Part shown: positions 1-14,179 of the stretch, piece by piece
How positions within the stretch are numbered: position 1 is the stretch's first letter
Layout of the letters: the number at the start of each line of letters is the position of its first letter
Source: Macrostomum lignano
Taxonomy: Eukaryota
Assembly (NCBI GenBank): GCA_002269645.1
Contig: NIVC01000093.1
Location: forward strand, 186,001 to 250,000
Direction of reading: 5' to 3'
DNA length: 64,000 nt
Notes under the pieces: model-generated
Databases searched by the model: none
What the model was told of the DNA's origin: nothing
The model's input: the letters and a program-made list of their open reading frames with translations, nothing else
Translations under genes and position numbers: made by a program

Positions 1-200
<200 letters not shown>

Positions 201-307
201 GCTGCAAAAATGAAGCACGAAAGAAAAAAAGTATTCTTTAATAAACAATGAGTAACAACAATGAATCTCTTCTGGTAAAGAGGGGAGAAAGGCGGAGTAA
301 CTCCAGA

Positions 308-309
<2 letters not shown>

Positions 310-363
<54 letters not shown>
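310..363. repeat. (CT)n microsatellite
   Basis: Seen directly. Confidence 0.97.
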
Positions 364-367
<4 letters not shown>

Positions 368-721
368 TCTTGCTTGCTCCAAGAAGCGTGGCGTCTCCAG
401 GCCCAGCAAAAAATCCCACCACTAGTCCATGGACAGTCAATTGATTGATTGGCCTCAGACCCCAAGCAGTGGCTTGGAAATTATGAAAGAAGAGAAAATG
501 AAGAGAACGAGAGAGACACAGAGAGAATTACTTGATGAAGCTGAGAGGCTGACAGACTGGGCCCTCCTATACTGAAGATGTCGTTCCCCCGTAGACATCT
601 ATTGGAGCTGTAAAACAGTGAATCTGAGGATGTCATTGCAGATAGGACTGTAGATCTGTTGTATTAGATATTTCTATAGATCTAGCAGTACATGCAGATA
701 AATATATGGATCTAGCACTAA

Positions 722-1552
722 TCTATAGATCTGACAGTAGCTACACCTATAGATCTGACAGTAGCTATACCTATAGATCTGACAGTAGCTACACCTATAG
801 ATCTGGCAGTAGCTACACCTATAGATCTGACAGTAGCTACACCTATAGATCTGGCAGTAGCTACATCTGTAGATCTGACAGTAGCTACATCTATAGATCT
901 GGCAGCAGCTACCCTTATAGATCTGACAGTAGCTACATCTATAGATCTGACAGTAGCTACATCTATAGATCTGGCAGCAGCTACCCTTATAGATCTGACA
1001 GTAGCTACATCTATAGATCTGGCAGTAGCTACACCTATAGATCTGACAGTAGCTACACCTATAGATCTGGCAGTAGCTACATCTGTAGATCTGACAGTAG
1101 CTACATCTATAGATCTGGCAGCAGCTACCCTTATAGATCTGACAGTAGCTACATCTATAGATCTGACAGTAGCTACATCTATAGATCTGGCAGCAGCTAC
1201 CCTTATAGATCTGACAGTAGCTACATCTATAGATCTGGCAGCAGCTACCCTTATAGATCTGACAGTAGCTACACCTATAGATCTGACAGTAGCTACATCT
1301 ATAGATCTGGCAGCAGCTACCCTTATAGATCTGACAGTAGCTACACCTATAGATCTGACAGTAGCTACATCTATAGATCTGGCAGCAGCTACCCTTATAG
1401 ATCTGACAGTAGCTACATCTATAGATCTGGCAGCAGCTACCCTTATAGATCTGACAGTAGCTACACCTATAGATCTGACAGTAGCTACACCTATAGATCT
1501 GGCAGCAGCCACCTTTATAGATCTGGAACTAATTTATAGATCTGACAGTAGC
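722..1552. repeat. 24-bp minisatellite (CTATAGATCTG[A/G]CAG[T/C]AGCTAC[A/C]C)
   Basis: Period 24, about 34 copies; explains ORFs 706-1539 and 718-1512. Confidence 0.96.
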
Positions 1553-2362
1553 TGGTTTGATTGGCCTCAGACCCAAAGCAGTGACTTTAAAATTATGAAA
1601 GAAGAAAATAAAGACAGAGAGAGGGAGAACTACTTGATGAAGCTGGGAGGCTGACAGGCTGGCACCAGCATTCTCGTACAGAAGAAGTCGTCATAAAGTA
1701 GTTATCCAGGATCTCAAAAGCATTTACAAATATATAATTTTGTTGTCTCATTACAGCCAGTTGTCTCATTAATGTTATTCATTATCACGGGGAGCATATT
1801 TCTCGGTTGAATAGTTACCCTTTGAAGCCTTGTAGCAGAGTTAGGTCTGTAGTCTTTGTCTCCAGCGTCTCGCAAATTCTGAGCTCTGAGTCCAAATCTA
1901 GCTTTGTGTGTTCTGATTGATTTCTTACTCATACATACACTAGATTCCAGCTGAATTTTGCCTTAGTTTAGCAACATCGCCTCCCAAAGCATCTGATAGA
2001 TACTCAAAGACCACGAGACTTCCGCAATCAATGACCAAAATCCGGAGTCGCCGTCCACTTCGTGTTTCTTCCTGCTCTCTCGAGCAGTTTTCCCAAGTTG
2101 CAGAAAAATTAGGCTTGAAGAGGCACAGCGCGAGGGTTCGAACTGCAGGGGAGCAGGGAGGGCGACTTAGACAGCTTAGCCGGGATATAAAAGTCGATAT
2201 TTCTTCTCTCATCAAAGGATGAAGTTTACAGAATAGCATACAGAGGAAGAAGACCCGATGTCGGCTAAGAGCCCTCAGGCGAGTGTAGTGCCTGCATGGT
2301 TGGCGATATTGACTGTGTGCTGGGCCAGCCGCGAGCTTGTAAATGCATACAGATGTGCCGCA

Positions 2363-3880
<1,518 letters not shown>

Positions 3881-4469
3881 AATTAAGTTAAGAATCCCCT
3901 TTCGTGCCAGATTTCCCGATGAACTTTTTCCAACTCACTTTTATCTAGCAACCCTTTTTTCTTTTGAAACTTTTCTCCCGAAACCCGATACTCATGCCTC
4001 CCCTTGTTCCTCATCTCAACCCTCACGGATACAAAGGCATCCAAAGTTTCGCCCAGTCTGAACAAAGTTCTTCAACTATCACATCGTTTTGTGCCGCATT
4101 CGTTCGCTGCTCCCATTGGGGGACACTGCATCGAATAAAAGTGCAAGAATATTAACATTCCCAAAACACACACAGGAAGTCCAGTTTTGACATTTGATGA
4201 ACTTTTTCCCCTACTCAGTTGGATGTATGCTCTCTGGTTGACGGCCAATTAGAAATTGGGCCCACTTCCTCGTGGCTAAATGTTTTCATGGAAACTGGAT
4301 GGTTTAAAGATAAAAATTATCCTGCTTACATACACTACGGTGAACTTGCTTCACAAATTGGGGGTCCGGTTTGTGGACTCATGATGAAGTTTAACTTTTT
4401 TAATTTATTGCCCAATTGTGGTTTTCCGAGTAGATAGCTGTTGTGAGAATGATGAGACCGAATGAGAGA

Positions 4470-5632
4470 CAGTGCAGGACATGGTGGGCAGGGAGATGGT
4501 GGACAGGGAGATGGTGGGAAGGGAGATGGTAGACAGGGAGATGGTTGCAGGGAGATGATAGACAGGGAGATGGTGGGCAGGAAGTGACAGATATGGAGAG
4601 ACAGACAGGGAGAGACAGACAGACAGGGAGAGACAGACAGGGAGAGACAGACAGACAGGGAGAGACAGGCAAACAGGGGAAACAGACAGGGAGAGACGGA
4701 CAGACAGGGAGAGACAGACAGACAGGGAGAGACAGGCAAACAGGGGAAACAGACAGGGAGAGACAGACAGACAGGGAGAGACAGACAGGGAGAGACAGAC
4801 AGACAGGGAGAGACAGACAGACAGTGAGAGACAGACAGACAGGGAGAGACAGACAGGGACAGACAGACAGGGAGAGACAGACAGGGAGAGACAGGCAAAC
4901 AGGGGAAACAGACAGGGAGAGACAGACAGACAGGGAGAGACAGACAGACAGGGAGAGACAGGCAAACAGGGGAAACAGACAGGGAGAGACAGACAGGGAG
5001 AGACAGACAGGGAGAGACAGACAAGGAGAGACAGACAGGGAGAGACAGACAGACAGGGAGAGACAGACAGGGAGAGACAGACAGACAGGGAGAGACAGGC
5101 AAACAGGGGAAACAGACAGGGAGAGACGGACAGACAGGGAGAGACAGACAGACAGGGAGAGACAGGCAAACAGGGGAAACAGACAGGGAGAGACAGACAG
5201 ACAGGGATAGACAGACAGGGAGAGACAGACAGACAGGGAGAGACAGACAGACAGTGAGAGACAGACAGACAGGGAGAGACAGACAGGGACAGACAGACAG
5301 GGAGAGACAGACAGGGAGAGACAGGCAAACAGGGGAAACAGACAGGGAGAGACAGACAGACAGGGAGAGACAGACACACAGGGAGAGACAGACAGGGAGA
5401 GACAGACAGACAGGGAGAGACAGACAGACAGTGAGAGACAGACCGACAGGGAGAGACAGACTGGGACAGACAGACAGGGAGAGACAGACAGGGAGAGACA
5501 GACAAGGAGAGACAGACAGGGAGAGACAGACAGGGAGAGACAGACAGGGAGAGACAGACAGGGAGAGACAGACGGGGAGAGACAGACAGGGAGAGACAGA
5601 CACACAGGGAGAGACACACAGGGAGAGACAGG
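4470..5632. repeat. Purine-rich compound repeat (GACAGGGAGA/GACA units, preceded by a 20-bp GACAGGGAGATGGT unit)
   Basis: Seen directly; explains the low-complexity ORFs 4335-5732. Confidence 0.95.
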
Positions 5633-6223
5633 AAGAAACAAACTGACAAATCCGGTCAATAAATAGCTGAAAGAAGCCTATGGAACTCGAGTCCTTCACA
5701 GTATAATGAAGTTTCTCAGCTGAGGTTGCCACGGCAACTATCTAGGACAAGTACGCTCGAATCTGTAAGTAGCAGAGGGCCATTAAAGAGTTGGGTGCAC
5801 TTTTCAGATCTCAGCGTGGAGGAGATGATGAGATGGTAGCTAGTGCCCAGCTACTGAAATGATGGATGAATTGATGGTACCGAGTAGCGGGCCTCATTGA
5901 GCTGAGAGATTGGCGAATCAAATTACCATCGACTGGATGCCGCGCGGGTCGAGTACTCTCAAGTTTACTGGCGAGTTTCGAACGCGATTTTGCGTCACGT
6001 GACTGAGCCCGCTTGAAAGTCAAAGGCAGCCTGAAAAACAGCAAATTTGCACTGATTTGATAAGCACAGGAATTGGGAAAAACTTTTATGGTTGTAAACT
6101 TCTAGTTAGGATGAATAGACTGTTTTATTGATACAATTTATGACCCACTTTTACAGTCCACTGATGTACTTTAGTTCCGACTGATTTGGTCATTTGTTAT
6201 TTTAGTTTACTAATTCAATAATT

Positions 6224-6700
6224 TATGACCAACTTTGTGACCAAGTTTGTGACCAAGTTTGTGACCTACTTTGTGACCTACTTTGTGACCAAGTCTGTGA
6301 CCAAGTTTGTGACCAAGTTTGTGACCTACTTTGTGACCTACTTTGTGACCTACTTTGTGACCTATTTTGTGAACTACTTTGTGACCTACTTTGTGACCAA
6401 GTCTGTGACCAAGTTTGTGACCTACTTTGTGACCAAGTTTGTGACCCATTTTGTGGCCTACTTTGTGGCCCACTTTGTGACTTACTTAGTGACCCACTTT
6501 GTGACCTACTTTGTGACCTACTTTGTGACCTACTTTGTGACCTACTTTGTGACCTAATTTGTGGCCAAGTTTGTGACCAAGTTTGTGACCAAGTTTGTGA
6601 CCAAGTTTGTGACCCACTTTGTGACCTACTTTGTGACCCACTTTGTGATCTAGTTTGTGACCTACTTTTTGACCTACTTTTTGACCTACGTAGTGACCGA
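6224..6700. repeat. 12-bp minisatellite (TTTGTGACC[TAC/AAG])
   Basis: Period 12; ends about 25 bp before the 6726 acceptor. Confidence 0.95.
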
Positions 6701-6725
6701 ACTGTTTCACTCACTCCCGCCGCAG

Positions 6726-6944
6726 TCACCTGCCAGCCGTCGCCAGACTGCAGCGGTCACGGCCAGTGCCAGGCCGGCAGGTGCCGCTGCTTCTCCGGCT
6801 TCAGCGGCCCGGCCTGTGAGCGTCGCGAGGCCGCCTGCGAGCAGCCCAGGCCGCTGCTGCCCTGCTCCGGGCGGGGCCGGCTGCGGCTGGATGGCCGGTT
6901 CTGCGACTGCGACTCCGGTTACCATGGCAACCTGTGCCAGTTTG
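6726..6944 (+). CDS. TENM: Teneurin exon: EGF-like repeats 4-5
   Basis: AG/GT-bounded, phase 1-1. Translates TCQPSPDCSGHGQCQAGRCRCFSGFSGPAC...CSGRGRLRLDGRFCDCDSGYHGNLCQF, two tenascin-type EGF repeats; the second has only 5 Cys, like teneurin EGF5. Not recovered by the ORF track in this frame. Confidence 0.88.
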
Positions 6945-7009
6945 GTGAGTAAAAATTTTGTGAAAAAACCTCTGGTGGGATAGCTTGGGTGGAGAGTTTC
7001 TCCTCTTTA

Positions 7010-8065
7010 CCTCCCTCTCCCCTCTACGAGCTACCTACCTCTCCCCACAGCATCCCTCTCCCCTCTACCTACCTCTCCCCACAGCATCCCTCTCCCCTCT
7101 ACCTACCTCTCCCCACAGCATCCCTCTCCCCTCTACCTACCTCTCCCCTCTGCCTACCTCTCCCCTCTACCTACCTCTCCCCTCTGCCTACCTCTCCCCT
7201 GTGCCTCCCTCTCCCTCGTGCCTCCCTCTCCCTCTGCCTCCCTCTCCCTCGTGCCTCCCTCTCCCATCTGCCTCCCTCTCCTATCTGCCTCCCTCTCCCC
7301 TTTGCCTCCCTCTCCCCTCTGCCTCCCTATCCCCTCTACCTACCTCTCCCCTCTGCCTACCTCTCCCCTCTACCTACCTCTCCCCTCTGCCTACCTCTCC
7401 CCTGTGCCTCCCTCTCCCTCGTGCCTCCCTCTCCCTCTGCCTCCCTCTCCCTCGTGCCTCCCTCTCCCATCTGCCTCCCTCTCTCCTCTGCCTCCCTCTC
7501 CCCTGTGCCTCCCTCTCCCTCGTGCCTCCCTCTCCCTCTGCCTCCCTCTCCCTCGTGCCTCCCTCTCCCCTTTGCCTCCCTCTCCCATCTGCCTCCCTCT
7601 CCCCTTTGCCTCCCTCTCCCCTCTGCCTCCCTATCCCCTGTGCCTCCCTCTCCCCTCTGCCTCCCTATCCCCTGTGCCTCCCTCTCCCTCGTGCCTCCCT
7701 CTCCCATCTGCCTCCCTCTCCCCTCTGCCTCCCTCTCCCCTGTGCCTCCCTCTCCCTCGTGCCTCCCTCTCCCTCTGCCTCCCTCTCCCTCGTGCCTCCC
7801 TCTCCCATCTGCCTCCCTCTCCCATCTGCCTCCCTCTCCCCTTTGCCTCCCTCTCCCATCTGCCTCCCTATCCCCTGTGCCTCCCTCTCCCCTGTGCCTC
7901 CCTCTCCCCTCTGCCTCCCTCTCCCCTCTACCTACCTCTCCCATCTACCTACCTCTCCCCACTGCATCCCTCTCCCCTCTACCTACCTCTCCCATCTACC
8001 TACCTCTTTCCTCTACCTCCCTCTCCCCTCTGTCTCCCTCTCCCCTATGCCTCCCCTCTTCCTCT
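7010..8065. repeat. Intronic pyrimidine-rich 16-17-bp minisatellite (CCCTCTCCCCTCTGCCT-type)
   Basis: Seen directly; fills the intron between the EGF4-5 and EGF6-7 exons. Confidence 0.95.
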
Positions 8066-8166
8066 GCTTCTGGTCTAACTGTTTCTTTCCCCTTTCCCTC
8101 TATCTCTACACAGCCATCTTCAGGCTTTGTAACCAACCTCGCCGCTCATCTCAACCATCACAACAG

Positions 8167-8349
8167 AAACTTGCCTGTTCCCCTGCGACAACGGCGTCTG
8201 TGGCAACGGCACCTGCCAGTGCTACCCTGGCTGGTCCGGCCTTCGTTGCCATCTGCGCCAGTGCGACTCGCGCTGCAAACGCAACGGCGCCTGCGTCAAT
8301 GGGACCTGCGCCTGCAACAGAGGCTGGAATGGGCCCAGTTGCACTCTGG
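8167..8349 (+). CDS. TENM: Teneurin exon: EGF-like repeats 6-7
   Basis: caacag|...|gtgagt, 183 bp, phase 1-1. TCLFPCDNGVCGNGTCQCYPGWSGLRCHLRQCDSRCKRNGACVNGTCACNRGWNGPSCTL. Confidence 0.9.
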
Positions 8350-8659
8350 GTGAGTCTGGCGAACGCTTTGCTTTGAGGCTATTAGGCGAGTTTAGTTGAG
8401 TTCAGGTGAGTGTAGGTAAAGTTAAGCGTTTATTTAGGTGAAATCAGGTATGTTTAGGTGAATTTAGACAATTTAGGCGATTTTTGGTGAGTTTGGGTAA
8501 TTTTTTTAAATGAATTTAGCCAAATTTATGTAATTTCAGCTGAGTTTAAGCGAGCTTTACTAAATTTAAATTAGTTTATAGGTAGGCTTAGGCAATTTTA
8601 GGTGGAGTTTAGGCGAGTTTAGTTTAGTATTTTTAGATTATTTTAGGTTAGTTCCGTTT

Positions 8660-9410
8660 GAGTTCAGATGAAATTAGGTTGATTTCGGTAGAGTTTAGAT
8701 GATTTTAGGTTGTTTTCGGTAGAGTTTAGATGATTTTAGGTTGTTTTCGGTAGAGTTCAGATGAAATTAGGTTGATTTCGGTAGAGTTTAGATGATTTTA
8801 GGTTGTTTTCGGTAGAGTTTAGATGATTTTAGGTTGTTTTCGGCTGCGTTTAGAGGATTTTAGGTTGGTTTCGGTTGAGTTTAGATGATTTTAGGTTGGT
8901 TTCGGCTGGGTTTAGAGGATTTTAGGTTGGTTTCGGTTGAGTTTAGATGATTTTAGGTTGGTTTCGGTTGAGTTTAGATGATTTTAGGTTGGTTTCGGCT
9001 GAGTTTAGATGATTTTAGGTTGGTTTCGGTAGAGTTTAGATGATTTTAGGTTGTTTTCGGCTGGGTTTAGAGGATTTTAGGTTGGTTTCGGCTGAGTTTA
9101 GATGATTTTAGGTTGGTTTCGGTTGAGTTTAGATGATTTTAGGTTGGTTTCGGCTGGGTTTAGAGGATTTTAGGTTGGTTTCGGTTGAGTTTAGATGATT
9201 TTAGGTTGGTTTCGGTTGAGTTTAGATGATTTTAGGTTGGTTTCGGCTGAGTTTAGATGATTTTAGGTTGGTTTCGGTAGAGTTTAGATGATTTTAGGTT
9301 GTTTTCGGCTGGGTTTAGATGATTTTAGGTTGTTTTCGGCTGGGTTTAGAGGATTTTAGGTTGTTTTCGGTAGAGTTTAGATAATTTTAGGTTGGTTTTG
9401 GTAGAGGTGG
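8660..9410. repeat. Intronic 31-bp minisatellite (GAGTTTAGATGATTTTAGGTTG[G/T]TTTCGG..)
   Basis: Period 31 (8691, 8722...); a degenerate lead-in runs from about 8375. Confidence 0.93.
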
Positions 9411-9974
9411 ATTTAGGTCAGTTTAAAAGCAATTGAGTTTCGATGAGACATTGCAAAGTAATCGACAATAACAGGTAAATGTGTGTGTGTCAATGAGCTT
9501 TAACAAGAAGGAAACGAAGCAATTATTTACTCGCAACTCAGTGCGCCCATTAAAGAGTTTAACAATTCAAAGGACACAGTAATTCTTCCAATTTGCTTTG
9601 CTCAGAATTTCATAAACACTTGAAGGCAACAACAGTAAAGCTACACCAGTGTACGAGAGCTCCTGCCTTTAGCAGAGACTACTGAGTCAGCTTAGTTCAA
9701 TTCCCAAATGTCTTCCTCTATTTCTGTGCCTATGCAGCCCTAACTTCTTTGAATAGAGGCATTCCTGAAGGCTTTGCTATACGCTTGAATGAGCTCTGGG
9801 CAAAATATTGGGCGGGGCAGAGCCTTCTGCGCACTGCTCACTGAGTTTGGCAGACTCCTCTGCATTGTCTGACTTAACACTGAGATGCTGCTTGCCTGTC
9901 TTCTCTGCCCTGATGCGGGTGTCGCCTCTGTTTATTAACGTTCTCTGCTTTGGGCATGCTGTTGCACTCAGCTC

Positions 9975-12815
9975 TTCCTCTCTCTGCCCATCTCTCCTCT
10001 TCTCTACCCATCTCTCCCCATCTCTCCCCATCTCTCCCCTTCTCTCCCCTTCTCTCCCCATCTCTCCTCTTCTCTACCCATCTCTCCCCATCTCTCCCCT
10101 TCTCTCCCCTTCTCTCCCCTTCTCTCCCCATCTCTCCTCTTCTCTCCCCTTCTCTCCCCTTCTCTCCCCATCTCTCCCCTTCTCTCCCCATCTCTCCTCT
10201 TCTCTCCCCTTCTCTCCCCTTCTCTCCCCATCTCTCCTCTTCTCTCCCCTTCTCTCCCCTTCTCTCCCCATCTCTCCCCTTCTCTCCCCATCTCTCCTCT
10301 TCTCTCCCCATCTCTCCCCATCTCTCCCCTTCTCTCCCCTTCTCTCCCCATCTCTCCCCATCTCTCACCATCTCTCCCCATCTCTCCCCTTCTCTCCCCT
10401 TCTCTCCCCTTCTCTCCCCTTCTCTCCCCATCTCTCCTCTTCTCTCCCCTTCTCTCCCCTTCTCTCCCCATCTCTCCCTTCTCTCCCCATCTCTCCTCTT
10501 CTCTCCCCTTCTCTCCCCTTCTCTCCCCATCTCTCCTCTTCTCTCCCCTTCTCTCCCCTTCTCTCCCCATCTCTCCCCTTCTCTCCCCATCTCTCCTCTT
10601 CTCTCCCCATCTCTCCCCATCTCTCCCCTTCTCTCCCCTTCTCTCCCCATCTCTCCCCATCTCTCACCATCTCTCCCCATCTCTCCCCTTCTCTCCCCTT
10701 CTCTCCCCATCTCTCCTCTTCTCTCCACTTCTCTCCCCTTCTCTCCCCATCTCTCCCCTTCTCTCCCCTTCTCTCCCCTTCTCTCCCCATCTCTCCCCTT
10801 CTCTCCCCTTCTCTCCCCTTCTCTCCCCATCTCTCCCCTTCTCTCCCCATCTCTCCTCTTCTCTCCCCATCTCTCCCCATCTCTCCCCTTCTCTCCCCTT
10901 CTCTCCCCATCTCTCCTCTTCTCTCCCCATCTCTCCCCATCTCTCCTCTTCTCTCCCCTTCTCTCCCCATCTCTCCCCATCTCTCACCATCTCTCCCCAT
11001 CTCTCCCCTTCTCTCCCCATCTCTCCCCATCTCTCACCATCTCTCCCCATCTCTCCTCTTCTCTTCCCATCTCTCCCCTTCTCTCCCCATCTCTCCCCAT
11101 CTCTCCTCTTCTCTTCCCATCTCTCCGTCTCTCCCCTTCTCTCCCCATCTCTCCCCATCTCTCCTCTTCTCTTCCCATCTCTCCCCATCTCTCCCCATCT
11201 CTCCCCTTCTCTCCCCTTCTCTCCCCATCTCTCCCCATCTCTCCCCATCTCTCCCCTTCTCTCCCCTTCTCTCTCCATCTCTCCCCATCTCTCCTCTTCT
11301 CTTCCCATCTCTCCCCTTCTCTCCCCATCTCTCCCCATCTCTCACCATCTCTTCCCATCTCTCCGTCTCTCCCCTTCTCTCACCATCCCTCTCCGTCTCT
11401 CCCCTTCTCTCCTCATCTCTACTCAGCTCTACCCATCTCTCCCCATCTCTCCTCTTCTCTCCCCATCTCTCCCCATTTCTCCCCATCTCTCCCCATTTCT
11501 CCCCATCTCTTCCCTTCCCTTCTCTTCCCTTCTCTAACCATCTCTCCCCTTCTCTCCCCTTCTCTCCTCATCTCTACTCAGCTCTACCCATCTCTCCCCA
11601 TCTCTCCCCATCTCTCCCCATCTCTCCCCATTTCTCCCCATCTCTCCCCATCTCTCCTCTTCTCTTCCCATCTCTCCCCATTTCTCGCCATCTCTCCCCA
11701 TCTCTCACCATCTCTTCCCATCTCTCCGTCTCTCCCCTTCTCTCACCATCCCTCTCCGTCTCCCCCTTCTCTCCTCATCTCTACTCAGCTCTACCCATCT
11801 CTCCCCATCTCTCCCCATCTCTCCCCTTCTCTCCCCATCTCTCCTCTTCTCTCCCCATCTCTCCCCATCTCTCCCCTTCTCTCCCCTTCTCTCTCCATCT
11901 CTCCCCATCTCTCCTCTTCTCTTCCCATCTCTCCCCTTCTCTCCCCATCTCTCCCCATCTCTCACCATCTCTTCCCATCTCTCCGTCTCTCCCCTTCTCT
12001 CACCATCCCTCTCCGTCTCTCCCCTTCTCTCCTCATCTCTACTCAGCTCTACCCATCTCTCCCCATCTCTCCTCTTCTCTCCCCATCTCTCCCCATTTCT
12101 CCCCATCTCTCCCCATTTCTCCCCATCTCTCCCCATCTCTTCCCTTCCCTTCTCTTCCCTTCTCTCACCATCTCTCCCCTTCTCTCCCCTTCTCTCCTCA
12201 TCTCTACTCAGCTCTACCCATCTCTCCCCATCTCTCCCCATCTCTCCCCATCTCTCCCCATTTCTCCCCATCTCTCCCCATCTCTCCTCTTCTCTTCCCA
12301 TCTCTCCCCATTTCTCGCCATCTCTCCCCATCTCTCACCATCTCTTCCCATCTCTCCGTCTCTCCCCTTCTCTCACCATCCCTCTCCGTCTCCCCCCTTC
12401 TCTCCTCATCTCTACTCAGCTCTACCCATCTCTCCCCATCTCTCCTCTTCTCTCCCCATCTCTCCCCATTTCTCCCCATCTCTCCCCATTTCTCCCCATC
12501 TCTCCCCATCTCTTCCCTTCCCTTCTCTTCCCTTCTCTCACCATCTCTCCCCTTCTCTCCCCTTCTCTCCTCATCTCTACTCAGCTCTCCCCATTTCTCC
12601 CCATCTCTCCCCATCTCTCCCCATCTCTCCCCATTTCTCCCCATCTCTCCCCATCTCTCCCCATCTCTCCCCATTTCTCCCCATCTCTCCCCATCTCTTC
12701 CCTTCCCTTCTCTTCCCTTCTCTCACCATCTCTCCCCTTCTCTCCCCTTCTCTCCCCATCACTCCCCCTCTCATCCATCAATCCTCATCACTCCCCATCT
12801 CCCCTTCCCCTCTAC
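9975..12815. repeat. Intronic 2.8-kb polypyrimidine 10-bp satellite (TCTCTCCCC[A/T])
   Basis: Seen directly; explains the 977-aa and 1004-aa low-complexity ORFs. Confidence 0.97.
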
Positions 12816-13504
12816 ACCATGAGAGGTTATTTTTCCCTCTCATTCCCTTTTGTACCTACGGCAGCCTGAGATCAGTGCTATAGAAATAAAAACAAACAGA
12901 CATTTTGCTTTCTATAGGGAAATAAAATGCTTTAAAAGCTACCACTTATCAGAAAAATCTGATTAAAAAATAACAAATCTAAGAGACAGTTTTAACAATC
13001 AGGATCAGGATTTCTCTGGGGCATGCGCTTCTCAGAGCAATATTTTTGAGTAGCTGTAGTGTGTATGGGAACAAAATCGATTACTACATCGCATTGATCA
13101 GCATCGGATGAGGGCGCTAAAGGATTCTGGGGCGTGAGAGAATATTCCTAATCACGCTTGGTTGCCAACAGATAAAAGATAAAAAAGGTTTCCCGCTACA
13201 CCTGGATTAGCTAGTCATAAAACGCCCCAAGCTATTGCATCCTCACAAAGGATCCGGGAAGCCTAGCGGCTCTAGTGAGAACCGACAGGGTTGGGTGATT
13301 TTGGCGGGAACGATTTCCTAATAATTTGTTGTAATTTATGATTCACCAGAGGGTACACAACGCAGAGGGATCTTCGTTATTATTTGTCGCTAATAGAGTC
13401 GTTAGTCGAAAAGCAGCCTCTGAGCAGCCACTCACTCACACACACGGATGTGTACGCTGGTACACACGCTCACGCGGGGTGTACAGAGGCCCAGACTTGT
13501 CACT

Positions 13505-13940
13505 GGATAGTCAAATTGTCACTGGGTAGTCAAATTGTCACTGAGTAGTCAAATTTGTCACTGAGTAGTAAATTGTCACTGAGTAGTCGAATTGTCACTG
13601 AGTAGTCAAATTGTCACTGAGTAGTCAAATTGTCACTGAGTAGTCGAATTGTCACTGAGTAGTAAATTGTCACTGAGTAGTCAAATTGTCACTGGGTAGT
13701 CAAATTGTTACTGAGTAGTCAAATTGTCACTGAGTAGTCAAATTGTCACTGAGTAGTCAAATTGTCACTGAGTAGTAAATTGTCACTGAGTAGTCAAATT
13801 GTCACTGAGTAGTCAAATTGTCACTGAGTAGTCAAATTGTCACTGAGTAGTCAAATTGTCACTGAGTAGTCAAATTGTCACTGAGTAGTAAATTGTCACT
13901 GAGTAGTCAAATTGTCACTGAGTAGTCAAATTGTCACTGG
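13505..13940. repeat. Intronic 19-bp minisatellite (GTCACTGAGTAGTCAAATT)
   Basis: Period 19 (some 18); ends about 17 bp before the EGF8 acceptor. Confidence 0.95.
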
Positions 13941-13957
13941 TCTTATTTAATCCGCAG

Positions 13958-14116
13958 ACGGCTGCCCCAACGGCTGCAATAATCGAGGCAATTGCGAACG
14001 GAGCGGACCGAATGGCGACTGGCACTGCGTGTGCGTTGGCGGCGGCAAGTGGAGGGGCACCGCCTGCCAGTTCCCTGTGGAGGGCGACTGCAACGACGGA
14101 GTGGACAACGACGAAG
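13958..14116 (+). CDS. TENM: Teneurin exon: EGF-like repeat 8
   Basis: ccgcag|...|gtgaga. DGCPNGCNNRGNCERSGPNGDWHCVCVGGGKWRGTACQFPVEGDCNDGVDNDE matches the teneurin DGCP..C...E..C.D..DN signature. Confidence 0.92.
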
Positions 14117-14179
14117 GTGAGATCGGTGCCAAGGTGTGACCGAATTTGGAGTGTCAGGATATGGCTGACTTTGCGGTGT

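Noticed and set aside
706-1539. 277-aa YRSDSS repeat ORF and its 264-aa antisense ORF
   Set aside because: Artefact of the 24-bp minisatellite; no signal, domain or splice context.
4335-8376. Long ORFs over the GA-rich, 12-bp and CT-rich repeats
   Set aside because: Low-complexity translations. The real coding parts (6726-6944, 8167-8349) are EGF exons in other frames.
8375-9410. Telomeric repeat (TTAGG/TTTAGG motifs)
   Set aside because: The motifs are embedded in a 31-bp unit and are not tandem telomere arrays.
9808-12883. ORFs of 1004 and 977 aa (SPSLP-rich) and antisense GERWGE ORFs
   Set aside because: They are translations of a stop-free 10-bp pyrimidine satellite inside a teneurin intron and are open in several frames and on both strands.
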